The notes: a model not told the origin generated them from the sequence alone. A DNA stretch of 64,000 nucleotides from an uncultured Eubacteriales bacterium (GCA_902388735.1 CABMQL010000001.1:44064-108063), one strand, 5' to 3'; positions 48,190 to 57,894 are shown, counted from the first letter of the stretch. Program-made: numbers and translations.

Positions 48190-49413
48190 TTGCAGCAGCG
48201 CGTTTTTACGGTCAGCGAGGTCAATCAGTATATGAAGCAGCTGGTGGACCAGCAGCCTGTCCTGGGTGACCTTCTGATCCGGGGGGAGATCTCCAATTAT
48301 AAGGTCTACCCCTCCGGCCACCATTATTTTACCTTGAAGGATGGACAGAGCGCCCTGCGCTGTGTGCTGTTTGCGGGGTCTGCCAAATACCTGCGCTTTC
48401 GCCCGGAAAACGGCATGCAGGTCATCGCCGCCGGCCGCATCAGCGTCTATCCCCGGGACGGCGCCTATCAGCTCTACTGCACCCGCCTGGTGTCCGACGG
48501 GATGGGCGATCTGCACATTGCCTTTGAACAACTGAAGCAGAAGCTCCATGCCCAGGGCCTGTTTGCACCTGAAAATAAAAAGCCCCTGCCGGCCTATCCC
48601 CGGCGCATCGCCGTGGTCACCAGCCCCGCCGGGGCTGCGGTCCACGATATGATCCGGATCCTGCGCCGCCGCTATCCGCTGAGCAAGGTACTGCTGCTGC
48701 CGGTCCGGGTGCAGGGGGAGGGAGCTGCCCGGGAGATCGCCGGCGCCATCGCCTATGCCAACCGCTTTCAGCTGGCGGATGTGCTCATTGTGGGCCGGGG
48801 CGGCGGGTCTATTGAGGATCTGTGGTCTTTTAACGAGGAGGCCGTGGCCCGGGCCATCTACGCATCGGATATTCCGGTCATCTCCGCCGTGGGCCATGAG
48901 CCCGATGTGACCATTTCCGACCTGGTGGCGGACCGCCGCGCTTCCACGCCGTCCAACGCCGCGGAGATCGCCGTGCCGGACCAGGCAGAGCTGCGGCGCA
49001 AGCTGCAAATGCTGGCCGGGCGTATGTGTAAGAGCCAGCAGCACAAAATAGATGGGTACGATCGCCGTCTCCGGGACCTGCAGCGCAAGCGAGTGCTGAC
49101 AGATCCCATGGCCTTCCTGCAGGATCGCAGCATGCAGCTGGATCTCACGCAGGAGAGACTGGTGTCCGCCATGGAGCGCATGATCGATCAAAACACCCGC
49201 CGCTTTACTCACGCGGCCGCGTCTTTGGATGCCATGAGCCCGCTGCGGGTGCTGCGCCGTGGCTACTGTGTGGCGCAAAAGGCGGACAAGACCCTTCTGC
49301 GCAGCAGCGCCCAGGTGGAGCCGGGGGAGAATATCTCTCTGCGCCTGGCAGAGGGCAGCCTGCAATGTCAAGTAACGAAAAGGGGAGAGGAACATGAAGA
49401 AAGCGACCTTTGA
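48190..49413 (+). CDS. xseA: Exodeoxyribonuclease VII large subunit
   Basis: OB-fold plus catalytic domain similarity. Start proposed at the TTG preceded by GGTGGAGGTGAGGA; the tool's ATG at 48157 lies inside the terminator hairpin and lacks an SD. Confidence 0.85.
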   Translation: MQQRVFTVSEVNQYMKQLVDQQPVLGDLLIRGEISNYKVYPSGHHYFTLKDGQSALRCVLFAGSAKYLRFRPENGMQVIAAGRISVYPRDGAYQLYCTRLVSDGMGDLHIAFEQLKQKLHAQGLFAPENKKPLPAYPRRIAVVTSPAGAAVHDMIRILRRRYPLSKVLLLPVRVQGEGAAREIAGAIAYANRFQLADVLIVGRGGGSIEDLWSFNEEAVARAIYASDIPVISAVGHEPDVTISDLVADRRASTPSNAAEIAVPDQAELRRKLQMLAGRMCKSQQHKIDGYDRRLRDLQRKRVLTDPMAFLQDRSMQLDLTQERLVSAMERMIDQNTRRFTHAAASLDAMSPLRVLRRGYCVAQKADKTLLRSSAQVEPGENISLRLAEGSLQCQVTKRGEEHEESDL

Positions 49414-49630
49414 AGAAAATATGACCCGCCTGGAGGAGATCGTGTCCCTGCTGGAGCAGGGGGACGCCCCCCTGAGCGAATCCCTGGCTCTTTTTTCCGA
49501 GGGCAGCAAGTTGCTGGCCGCCTGCCGGAAGGAGCTGGACACCGCCCAGCAAAAGGTCGTCAAGCTCTCCAAGGGCCCGGACGGCACACCTGTTGAAGAA
49601 GATTTTTTATCCGAGGAGGAAAACCAATGA
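49394..49630 (+). CDS. xseB: Exodeoxyribonuclease VII small subunit
   Basis: 78 aa, XseB family. Overlaps xseA. Confidence 0.9.
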   Translation: MKKATFEENMTRLEEIVSLLEQGDAPLSESLALFSEGSKLLAACRKELDTAQQKVVKLSKGPDGTPVEEDFLSEEENQ

Positions 49631-50499
49631 GCTATCAAGAACGCTATACCGCCTATCAGGAGGCCATCGAGGCCTATCTGGACACGATTTTTTCTGCGGA
49701 GGACAAGCCCTATGGCAAGCTCCAGGAGTCCATTCGCTATAGCCTCCTGACCGGGGGTAAGCGGATCCGCCCGGTGCTGACGCTGGAGTTTGCCCGCCTG
49801 GGCGGCATTGACTGGCACCTGGCTCTGCCCTATGCCTGTGCCCTGGAGCTGGTGCATAATTATTCGCTGATCCACGATGACCTGCCCTGCATGGATGATG
49901 ACGATCTCCGCCGGGGCAAGCCCACCAATCACAAGGTGTATGGGGAAACGCTGGCCGTCCTGGCGGGAGACGCCATGCAGCCGGAGGCGTTCCGCCTGAT
50001 CCTCCAGGCCCGGGGCCTTTCGGCCGAAAACCGTATCGAAGCGGCGCTGATCCTGGCAAAAGCCTGCGGTGCCGATGGCATGGTGGCCGGCCAGGTGCTG
50101 GACACGCTGTGCCATGTGGGGAACGAGGAGGGCCTTGCCACGCTGAACCGGCTGAAGACCGGCGTGATGATCTCCGCCGCGGCGGAGCTGGGCTGCGTGG
50201 CCTCCAAAATGCCCATGTTCTGGCGGCAGCAGGCCGTGCAGTACGCGGAACAGCTGGGCCTGGCCTTCCAGATCCGGGATGATATGCTGGATGTCATGGG
50301 CGACGAGAGCGTGTTCGGCAAGCCCATCGGCTCGGACAAGGACGAGGGTAAGATCACCTATGTCGATCTCAAGGGCCTGGACGGCTGCGCCCAGGAGGTG
50401 GAGAAATGCACCGCCGCTGCCAAGGAGGCCATCCGTGACATTCCAGACCATGAATTTCTCTGGGAGCTGGCAGACCGCATGGTGGGCCGGAACAAGTAA
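49627..50499 (+). CDS. ispA: Farnesyl diphosphate synthase (geranyltranstransferase)
   Basis: 290 aa. FARM (LIHDDLPCMDDDDLRRG) and SARM (FQIRDDMLD) motifs. Confidence 0.92.
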   Translation: MSYQERYTAYQEAIEAYLDTIFSAEDKPYGKLQESIRYSLLTGGKRIRPVLTLEFARLGGIDWHLALPYACALELVHNYSLIHDDLPCMDDDDLRRGKPTNHKVYGETLAVLAGDAMQPEAFRLILQARGLSAENRIEAALILAKACGADGMVAGQVLDTLCHVGNEEGLATLNRLKTGVMISAAAELGCVASKMPMFWRQQAVQYAEQLGLAFQIRDDMLDVMGDESVFGKPIGSDKDEGKITYVDLKGLDGCAQEVEKCTAAAKEAIRDIPDHEFLWELADRMVGRNK

Positions 50500-50515
50500 C
50501 GGAAAATCAGATTCA

Positions 50516-50552
50516 ATGCCCCCCGCACCTGCGGGAGGCATTGTTTTGTTTC
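50516..50552 (+). terminator. ispA intrinsic terminator
   Basis: aatgccccccgc-acct-gcgggaggcatt followed by gTTTTgTTT. Confidence 0.65.
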
Positions 50553-50574
50553 TGTTAGTTTTTGCATAAAACTA

Positions 50575-50603
50575 TTGTATATTTGAATGGACTGTGCTAA
50601 AAT
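50575..50603 (+). promoter_or_regulatory. Sigma-A promoter of the large ncRNA (TTGTAT-17-TAAAAT with TGn extended -10)
   Basis: Hexamers and spacing read directly; ~7 nt upstream of the 5' arm of the RNA's terminal helix. Confidence 0.55.
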
Positions 50604-50609
50604 TAGAAA

Positions 50610-51265
50610 TTACTGAATGACGGTGCAGTATCCTAGTCAGATCTGCCGTCTTGTAAGAGGGGCCTAAAAATCCCTTAAAGGGCACAACTGTGAAGCCTCT
50701 GGTGCCTGCTTCTTACGCCCAGTTTGGGGTGGGTGCTGGAGGGAGGCGCGGCCAAATACCGCGCCTGCAAAAGTAGGGCGCCTTCCAATGGCATGGAAGA
50801 CCCGACCCTGCTTTTGTGGAGACCTGCTCTTGTGCACAGGCGTACTCCCCTGGTGGTAAGCGACCTGTGTACGAAGCAGATTGAGAACCTGCAATGCGGT
50901 GCTACACGGCCCTCCGGCCGCGAACGCTGTGTGCAGAGTAGCCTGCCTTGCGTGGAGTGGGTGGATGAGGGAGCCAAGCGGAAGCATCCCCGGCCAGGGA
51001 TGCTCTCCGATATTCCTCTGAAACCCCCTCTGCAAAAGAGGCTAAGAGACGGTTTGACTGCAGTGGAAATCACCTAGGCTGTCCCACAAAGGGCGTCGAT
51101 GAGGTTGCAGTGCGGACTAAGTGGCAGTCGGGTCCTGCGGTAGGTAACGCCGCAGCTCGGGTTTTAATGGGAAACCGCCTGATCGGCAACGAGAGGTAAC
51201 CCGCGGGGAAATCCAACCCGTACCTAAGCCGTAAGATTTATCATCGGGGCTGCCGTCATTCAGTT
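50610..51265 (+). ncRNA. ole: Large (~650 nt) structured non-coding RNA; locus context matches OLE (ornate, large, extremophilic) RNA
   Basis: 790-nt gap between ispA and the next credible gene with no SD-led ORF. The 5' end CUGAAUGACGGUGCAG pairs with the 3' end CUGCCGUCAUUCAG, followed by a U-tract. Many internal GC hairpins. Own promoter. Flanked by ispA upstream and an OapA-like 4-TM protein then dxs downstream, which is the canonical OLE locus. The OLE consensus itself could not be checked here. Confidence 0.6.
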
Positions 51266-51295
51266 TTTATTTTTATATAAGCGAGGGAATCGGAT

Positions 51296-51841
51296 TTGGC
51301 TGACCATGATAAAAACAAAAAGGGCAAGGACCATTGGCCCCTGCGGGTGTTTTGGATCGCAGTCGCTCTGTCCGCCGTGATGAGTTTTTGCTCCTCGGCG
51401 GCGCTGGAGGACAGCGGCATATGGATCCCGGTCCTGGTGCTGATGATCTTCATCGCGCTGGGCATCGTGTTCGACATGATTGGCGTAGCCGTCACGGCGG
51501 CGGATCCCAGGCCGTTTCACTCCATGGCGGCCCACGGGGAAAAGGGCGGCCGGGAGGCCATCCGCCTGCTGAATAAATCCAGCAAGGTTTCTTCGATTTG
51601 CAATGACGTGGTGGGTGATATCTGCGGCATCGTCAGCGGCTCAACGGCGGCGGTGATCGTGGTGGAGCTGCAGCGCAGCTTTTCCACCACCACGATTCTT
51701 ATTTCCATCGGCGTCACGGCGCTTATCTCGGGCCTGACCATCGGCGGCAAGGCTCTTTTCAAGCGTGTAGCCATTGAGGAGTCCACCAAGGTGGTCTACC
51801 GTGTCGCCCGTATTATGAATGCGCTGCATCTGTTCCGTTGA
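51296..51841 (+). CDS. oapA: OLE-associated protein A-like small membrane protein (4 TM segments)
   Basis: 181 aa, TTG start, four hydrophobic helices with conserved Asp-containing loops (FDMIG, NDVVGD). The stop overlaps the dxs leader. Confidence 0.6.
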   Translation: MADHDKNKKGKDHWPLRVFWIAVALSAVMSFCSSAALEDSGIWIPVLVLMIFIALGIVFDMIGVAVTAADPRPFHSMAAHGEKGGREAIRLLNKSSKVSSICNDVVGDICGIVSGSTAAVIVVELQRSFSTTTILISIGVTALISGLTIGGKALFKRVAIEESTKVVYRVARIMNALHLFR

Positions 51842-51855
51842 CGGAGGGATTTACA

Positions 51856-53718
51856 TTGGTTTTAGAAAAGATCCGTGATCCGGAGGACATAAAAAATCTG
51901 AATGACGAGCAGGTAGACCAGCTTTGCCGGGAGCTTCGTGCGTTTCTCATCAAGAGCGTTGCCAAGACCGGCGGGCACCTGGCGTCCAACCTGGGCGTTG
52001 TGGAGCTGACGGTGGCCATCCACCGGGTGTTTGATACTACTAAGGACCGACTGGTCTTTGACGTAGGGCATCAGTGCTACCCGCATAAGATCCTCACCGG
52101 TCGGCAGTCGCTTTTTGGCACTTTGCGGCAGCTGGGCGGCCTTTCCGGCTTTCCCAAGCCCTATGAAAGTGCGCATGACGCCTTCGTGGCCGGCCACGCA
52201 TCCAATTCCGTGTCCGTGGCTTTAGGTATGGCCCACGCCAGAACGCTGCTCCACCAGGATTACAGCGTCATTGCTCTCATTGGCGACGGCGCCATGACCG
52301 GTGGGCTGAGCTTTGAGGGCCTCAACGACGCAGGTGCGTCGGGAGAGCCGATGATCGTCATCCTCAATGATAACGGCATGTCCATTGGCGCCAATGTTGG
52401 CGGCCTCAGCCGCCACCTGTCCCGTCTCCGCTCGGAGGAGGGGTATAATAACTTCAAAAAATGGTATAAGGAAAAGCTCCAGGGGGATTCTCCCGCCAAG
52501 CAGAATTTGTATCGGGCCAGCTCCCATGTGAAGCGCTGGCTCAAGAACACCCTGCTGCCGGAGAGCACCATGTTCGAGAAGATGGGCTTTTCCTATATGG
52601 GCCCTGTGGATGGCCACGATGTGCAGAAGCTGACTCAGATGCTCACCTGGGCCAGGGAGAAGAACGAGCCCGTGCTGCTCCACGTGCTCACGGAGAAGGG
52701 GAGAGGGTATCCCTTTGCCCAGCAGGACCCGGAGCATTTCCACGGTACACCCCCCTTTGACGCCGTCACCGGCAAGCCTTTGCGGGCGCCTGTCCGTTCC
52801 TTTTCCAATGTGTTCGGGGACACGCTGCTGGAGCTTGCCCGGCAGGATCCCCGCCTCTGCGCCATCACGGCTGCCATGACCTCCGGCACCGGCCTGACGG
52901 AGTTTTCCAAGGAGCTGCCGGACCGGTTTTTCGATGTAGGTATTGCGGAGGGGCACGCCGTGGCCATGGCCGGCGGTATGGCCAAACAGGGGCTGATCCC
53001 CGTGTTTGCGGTGTACTCCAGCTTTCTGCAGCGTGGCTTTGACATGCTCATCCATGATATATCCCTGGATGATCTCCACGCCGTTTTCTGCGTGGATCGC
53101 GCGGGTCTTGTGGGCGCGGACGGGCAGACCCACCACGGCTGCTTTGACCCGGCCTATCTCACCGAGATCCCCGGCATGACGGTTCTGTGTCCCGCCAGCT
53201 TTGCAGAGCTTCGGGATATGCTTCGGTATGCCATCTATCAGGTGGGCGGCCCCGTGGCCATTCGGTACCCCCGTGGCGGGGAAAAGGCCTATACAGCCGC
53301 GGCCGAACCCGGGTGCAGCTATACACTGTTGCGGGATGGGTCTGACTTCACCATTTTGTCCTACGGGATTCTAATTAACGAGGCCCTGCAGGCCGCAGAT
53401 TTGCTGGCGGAAAAGGGCATCTCCGTGCGGGTTTTGAAGCTCAACCGCATTGCGCCGCTGAGCAAAGAAGATGTAGCCGCCATGCTGTCCGGAACCCGGC
53501 GCCTGCTGGTGCTGGAGGACTGCATCGCAGCCGGCTGTGTGGGCGAAAAGGTCGCCTGTCTGGCGGCATTGTCGGGCATCTGTTTGGACAAGCTGGTGCT
53601 GAAAAACTGCGGGGACCGCCTGCCCAACGAGGGCAGCGTGGAGGAGTTGGATCGCGCCCTTGGGCTGGATGCGGCTTCTGTGGCCGCATCTATTGAGGAG
53701 GTGCTCCATGAGCAATAA
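51856..53718 (+). CDS. dxs: 1-deoxy-D-xylulose-5-phosphate synthase
   Basis: TPP-binding and transketolase-like domains (GDG...N motif). Start set to an in-frame TTG 6 nt after GGAGGG; the tool's own start is an upstream TTG. Confidence 0.9.
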   Translation: MVLEKIRDPEDIKNLNDEQVDQLCRELRAFLIKSVAKTGGHLASNLGVVELTVAIHRVFDTTKDRLVFDVGHQCYPHKILTGRQSLFGTLRQLGGLSGFPKPYESAHDAFVAGHASNSVSVALGMAHARTLLHQDYSVIALIGDGAMTGGLSFEGLNDAGASGEPMIVILNDNGMSIGANVGGLSRHLSRLRSEEGYNNFKKWYKEKLQGDSPAKQNLYRASSHVKRWLKNTLLPESTMFEKMGFSYMGPVDGHDVQKLTQMLTWAREKNEPVLLHVLTEKGRGYPFAQQDPEHFHGTPPFDAVTGKPLRAPVRSFSNVFGDTLLELARQDPRLCAITAAMTSGTGLTEFSKELPDRFFDVGIAEGHAVAMAGGMAKQGLIPVFAVYSSFLQRGFDMLIHDISLDDLHAVFCVDRAGLVGADGQTHHGCFDPAYLTEIPGMTVLCPASFAELRDMLRYAIYQVGGPVAIRYPRGGEKAYTAAAEPGCSYTLLRDGSDFTILSYGILINEALQAADLLAEKGISVRVLKLNRIAPLSKEDVAAMLSGTRRLLVLEDCIAAGCVGEKVACLAALSGICLDKLVLKNCGDRLPNEGSVEELDRALGLDAASVAASIEEVLHEQ

Positions 53719-54511
53719 GACCCGCCTGGATGTTCTGCTTACCGAGCGTGGGCTGCTGGATTCCCGGCATAAGGCCCAGGCCACGATCATGTCCGGCATC
53801 GTTTTTGTCAACGGCCAGCGGGTGGACAAGGCCGGCACCGCCGTGGCAAACGACGCACAGATTGAGATCCGCGGTGCAACGCTGCAATATGTGAGCCGGG
53901 GCGGCCTGAAGCTGGAAAAAGCGATGCAGACTTTCCCCCTGGATCTGCACGATAAGATCTGCGCCGACATCGGCGCCTCCACCGGCGGATTTACGGACTG
54001 CATGCTGCAAAACGGTGCAAAGAAGGTTTATGCCGTGGATGTGGGCTATGGCCAGCTGGACTGGAAGCTGCGCAATGATGCGCGCGTGGTCTGCATGGAG
54101 CGCACGAATGCCCGGTATCTGACCCATGAGGAGATCCCGGATGAGCTGGATTTTGCATCCATCGACGTGTCCTTCATCTCCCTCAAGCTGATTTTTCCCG
54201 CTCTTTATGGCCTGCTGCGGCAGGGCGGTGAGATCGCCTGCCTGATTAAGCCCCAGTTTGAGGCCGGCCGGGAAAAGGTCGGCAAAAAGGGTGTTGTACG
54301 GGATCCGGCCGTACACCTGGAGGTGTTGGAGCACTTCCTGATCCATACAAAGGAAAACCACTTTACAGTGCTTGGAATTACTTATTCACCCATCCGCGGC
54401 CCGGAGGGGAATATTGAGTATCTCGGCTTTTTGCGCAAGTCGGAGGAGCCCAGTGCAATGATCGACCTAAACGCCATTGTGGAGGCTTCACACAGCACGC
54501 TGAAGGAGTGA
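53708..54511 (+). CDS. tlyA: TlyA-family rRNA 2'-O-methyltransferase (S4 domain + FtsJ-like MTase)
   Basis: 267 aa. SD GAGGAGG. Conserved position after dxs. Confidence 0.88.
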   Translation: MSNKTRLDVLLTERGLLDSRHKAQATIMSGIVFVNGQRVDKAGTAVANDAQIEIRGATLQYVSRGGLKLEKAMQTFPLDLHDKICADIGASTGGFTDCMLQNGAKKVYAVDVGYGQLDWKLRNDARVVCMERTNARYLTHEEIPDELDFASIDVSFISLKLIFPALYGLLRQGGEIACLIKPQFEAGREKVGKKGVVRDPAVHLEVLEHFLIHTKENHFTVLGITYSPIRGPEGNIEYLGFLRKSEEPSAMIDLNAIVEASHSTLKE

Positions 54512-54516
54512 GGACT

Positions 54517-55401
54517 ATGGAAAAGAGAAAAATTATACTATGTCCCAATCCGTATCGGGATAAGGATATGCGCGTGGCGGCCCGTTCCAAGGCGATTTTG
54601 GACGAGGTGGGCTTTGAAACCGTCGTGTGTCTTCCCTTTCAAAAGGAGGGCTACGGCGCAGACCTGGGCCTGCCCATCGGCCAGCTGCCCCAGGAGATCA
54701 AGCGGGCCGACCTGCTCATCGCCTTCGGCGGCGACGGGACGATCCTGCACCTGGCAAAGACCGTTGCCATGAATAATGTTCCCGTGCTGGGCATCAATCT
54801 GGGCAGCCTTGGCTTTATGTCGGAGCTGGAGCCCAATGAACTGGACCGTCTGCGGGATCTGAGGGACTGGAACCTCACCGTGGAGGACCGCATGATGCTG
54901 GATGTATCCGTGCTGCGGGACGGCCGAACGGTTTACAGCACCGTTGCGCTGAATGACGCCGTTATCTCCAAGGGCTCCATCGCCCGTGTGGTGCGGCTGG
55001 AGATCTTCACGGAGGAGGGCTTCCTGACCCGGGTCAGCGGCGATGGCGTGGTGGTGTCCAGCCCCACCGGGTCCACCGGCTACTCTATGGCTGCCGGCGG
55101 CCCCATTGTGGAGCCTACGGCCCGCAACATTCTCATCACGCCCATCTGCCCCCATTCCACCCGTTCCAGCAGCTATGTGCTGGATCCATCCCATGTGATC
55201 CGCGTGACCGCTCCGGACGCAAACCGAAAATTTGTGTATCTGTCCTCCGACGGCGGCAAAGCATTTTCCCTGAAAAATAATGACCTGGTGCAGGTAAGCC
55301 GTTCCCGGCACACCATGAAGCTGGTGCGCCTGTCCAAAAAGAGCTTCTGCGAGATTCTCGATAAAAAAATGGCCATGGAGGCTGCGAAATATGAAAAATG
55401 A
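54517..55401 (+). CDS. nadK: NAD kinase
   Basis: 294 aa. GGDGT and NE/D motifs. Confidence 0.92.
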   Translation: MEKRKIILCPNPYRDKDMRVAARSKAILDEVGFETVVCLPFQKEGYGADLGLPIGQLPQEIKRADLLIAFGGDGTILHLAKTVAMNNVPVLGINLGSLGFMSELEPNELDRLRDLRDWNLTVEDRMMLDVSVLRDGRTVYSTVALNDAVISKGSIARVVRLEIFTEEGFLTRVSGDGVVVSSPTGSTGYSMAAGGPIVEPTARNILITPICPHSTRSSSYVLDPSHVIRVTAPDANRKFVYLSSDGGKAFSLKNNDLVQVSRSRHTMKLVRLSKKSFCEILDKKMAMEAAKYEK

Positions 55402-55843
55402 CCGTCAAAAAATGATCCTGGATATCATTGCCCAGGAGGTTGTGGAGACCCAGGAGCAGCTTCTTTCGCTGCTGCAGGAGCGGGGCTTTTCCGGCACCCA
55501 GGCCACGATTTCCCGGGACATCAAGCAGCTGCACCTGGTGAAGGCCCCGGCGGGCCAGGGAAAGTACCGCTACGCAGTGTCGGACCACGGCTCCAAGATC
55601 CATGTGGCGGACAAGCTGCAGACCATTTTCCGCGAGAGCATTGTGAATGTGGATTTTGCGCAGAACCTTGTAGTGATCCACACCATGTCGGGCCTTGCCA
55701 ACGGCGCGGCTGCTGCGCTGGACGGCATGAAGATCGACCAGCTCATCGGCACCCTGGCCGGTGATGATACGGTGCTGCTGATCATGCGCGATAATGAGAG
55801 CGCAGCTGAACTTGCCACCAGCATCAAATCGATGCTGCGCTGA
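55391..55843 (+). CDS. argR: Arginine repressor
   Basis: 150 aa, winged-helix N-domain plus arginine-binding C-domain. Confidence 0.9.
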   Translation: MKNDRQKMILDIIAQEVVETQEQLLSLLQERGFSGTQATISRDIKQLHLVKAPAGQGKYRYAVSDHGSKIHVADKLQTIFRESIVNVDFAQNLVVIHTMSGLANGAAAALDGMKIDQLIGTLAGDDTVLLIMRDNESAAELATSIKSMLR

Positions 55844-55860
55844 TACGGAGGGAACGCAAT

Positions 55861-57534
55861 ATGCTGGATCTGCTGCATATTGAAAATATTGCCATCATCG
55901 AGCAGGCGGACATTTCGTTCCGCCCGGGCTTTAACGTGCTGACGGGCGAGACCGGCGCGGGCAAATCCATTGTGATCGACGCGCTGAGCGCCGTCTTGGG
56001 CCAGCGCGCATCCCGTGAGCTGATCCGGACCGGTGCGGACCACGCCTTTGTCAGCGCTGTTTTTTCCGGGATCCCTCAGGGCCTTGGCCAGGACCTGGGC
56101 ATTGCCGATGCGGAGGAATGGCTCCTGCAGCGTGAGATATACGCCGATGGCAAAAACGTCTGCCGCCTGAACGGCCGCCCTATGACCGTAACGCAGCTGC
56201 GTACCCTGGGAAACCGACTGCTGAATATCCATGGCCAGCACGACGGCCAGCAGCTTTTGGATGAGACGCAGCACATCCTTTACCTGGATCAGTACGGAAG
56301 GTATACGCCTTTACAGTCCGCCTATCAGGAGAAATATTCCGCCCTGCAGAAGATTGAAAGCCAAATTTCTGCCCTGCAGATGGACGAGTCGGAAAAAGCC
56401 CGGCGGATCGACACCCTGCAGTTTCAGATCCAGGACCTGGATCGGGCCAACCTGCAAAGCGGCGAGGAGGAGGAGCTCCTGGAACGGAGAAACCTGCTGC
56501 GCAACAGCGAAAAATTCATCTCCGCCATCCAGGGAGCGGACTATTGCCTCAATGGGGACGACCAGCGGGAGGGCGCTCTGTCCCTGCTTCGCCAGGCACA
56601 GGAGCAGCTGACCTCTGTTCGGGGCCTCAGCGATAGCTTTGCCCAGCTGACCGAGCGGCTGGACGCCGTATACAGCGAGGTGTATGACATCGCCTATACG
56701 GTGCAGGATAAAAAGGACGAGTTCGATTTTGCCCCAGGCGAGCTGGACGCGGTGGAGGGCCGCTGCGACCAGCTCTACCGATTGAAGAAAAAATACGGCG
56801 CAACTGTGGAGGACATGCTGGCGTATCTGGAAAAATGCAGGCAGGAGCTGGATCAGATCGCATTTGCGGATGACACACTGGCACAGCTGCAAAAGCGCCG
56901 GGAAAAGGCGCTGCAGGAAGCCTTGGCCGCCGCCCGGGAGCTGTCTCAGCAGCGTAAGGCCGCCGCCCGGTCGCTTGAAAAGCAGATCCTGACGGAGCTG
57001 CGGGAACTGAACATGGGCTCCATCCGGTTCGAGGTGGCCTTTGCGGAGAAGACGCCGGATGCCAGCGGCATTGACGAGGTTCGTTTTTTGATGTCCGCCA
57101 ACGTGGGTGAGGAGCTTCGCCCCATTCAGAAGATCGCCTCCGGCGGCGAGCTGGCCCGGATCATGCTGGCTATGAAGAACGTGTTTTCCCAGCAGGAGAA
57201 GATCGGCACCATGGTCTTTGACGAGGTGGATACCGGCGTGTCCGGCCGCGCGGCGCAAAAGGTGGCGGAGAAGATGGCCAAGATCTCTCGCCAGAAGCAG
57301 GTGCTGTGCGTGACCCATCTTCCGCAGCTGGCGGCCATGGCGGATACGCATTTTTCCGTAGAAAAGGGCGTTTCCGGCGGCCGGACCTTTACCCGGGTGC
57401 AGGAGCTGACCCGGCAGCAGCGCCGGGAGGAGCTGGCCCGGCTCACCGGCGGCGGCCAGGTCTCGCAGACCATGCTGGACAGCGCCGAAGAGCTTCTGTC
57501 GGCGGCTGATGCTTTTAAAAAAACATTGGCTTAG
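55861..57534 (+). CDS. recN: DNA repair protein RecN
   Basis: 557-aa SMC-like protein. Walker A GETGAGKS, C-terminal signature/Walker B. Confidence 0.93.
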   Translation: MLDLLHIENIAIIEQADISFRPGFNVLTGETGAGKSIVIDALSAVLGQRASRELIRTGADHAFVSAVFSGIPQGLGQDLGIADAEEWLLQREIYADGKNVCRLNGRPMTVTQLRTLGNRLLNIHGQHDGQQLLDETQHILYLDQYGRYTPLQSAYQEKYSALQKIESQISALQMDESEKARRIDTLQFQIQDLDRANLQSGEEEELLERRNLLRNSEKFISAIQGADYCLNGDDQREGALSLLRQAQEQLTSVRGLSDSFAQLTERLDAVYSEVYDIAYTVQDKKDEFDFAPGELDAVEGRCDQLYRLKKKYGATVEDMLAYLEKCRQELDQIAFADDTLAQLQKRREKALQEALAAARELSQQRKAAARSLEKQILTELRELNMGSIRFEVAFAEKTPDASGIDEVRFLMSANVGEELRPIQKIASGGELARIMLAMKNVFSQQEKIGTMVFDEVDTGVSGRAAQKVAEKMAKISRQKQVLCVTHLPQLAAMADTHFSVEKGVSGGRTFTRVQELTRQQRREELARLTGGGQVSQTMLDSAEELLSAADAFKKTLA

Positions 57535-57538
57535 GCTG

Positions 57539-57567
57539 TTGACAAAGAACGAATCGTTCACTATAAT
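57539..57567 (+). promoter_or_regulatory. Perfect consensus sigma-A promoter (TTGACA-17-TATAAT) for the tyrS leader
   Basis: Read directly. Confidence 0.7.
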
Positions 57568-57574
57568 ATTTCAT

Positions 57575-57885
57575 AAGTTCATATTCTTACAGCGATGATG
57601 GGAAAAAGTAACACCGATTCTGCCTGCCAAGAGAGCCTCCGTTGGGTGCAAGGAGGAGAGGGGAGCGGCTGTGAATACATTCCGGAGCTGCCTTCCGAAC
57701 GGGTGTGTGCCTCAGTAGGGATGCGTCGGGCGCGCCCGTTACAGCGCAGGAGTGCAGCGCACTCCGTGAGGCCGCAGACCGTGAGGCTGCGGCGAATATG
57801 AGGTGGTACCGTGACATATGTCGCCCTCTGTCCAAAGAGACAGGGGGCGATTTTTTCTCCTGTCTGATCTGCATCAAAAGAAAGG
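57575..57885 (+). promoter_or_regulatory. T-box riboswitch leader of tyrS
   Basis: T-box core AAUAUGAGGUGGUACCGUG (~57795-57813). UAC-containing specifier candidate (GAAUACAUU). Terminator gtcgccctctgtc-caaa-gagacagggggcga followed by TTTTTTc immediately before the tyrS SD. Confidence 0.8.
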
Positions 57886-57894
57886 AACGAAAAA

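Noticed and set aside
50664-51535. Overlapping tool ORFs on both strands inside the ispA–dxs gap (50664..51035 -, 50675..51073 -, 50724..51077 +, 51256..51495 -, 51260..51535 -)
   Set aside because: No SD, mutually overlapping, Arg/Pro/Gly-rich. The region is better explained as a structured RNA (terminal helix, promoter, U-tract).
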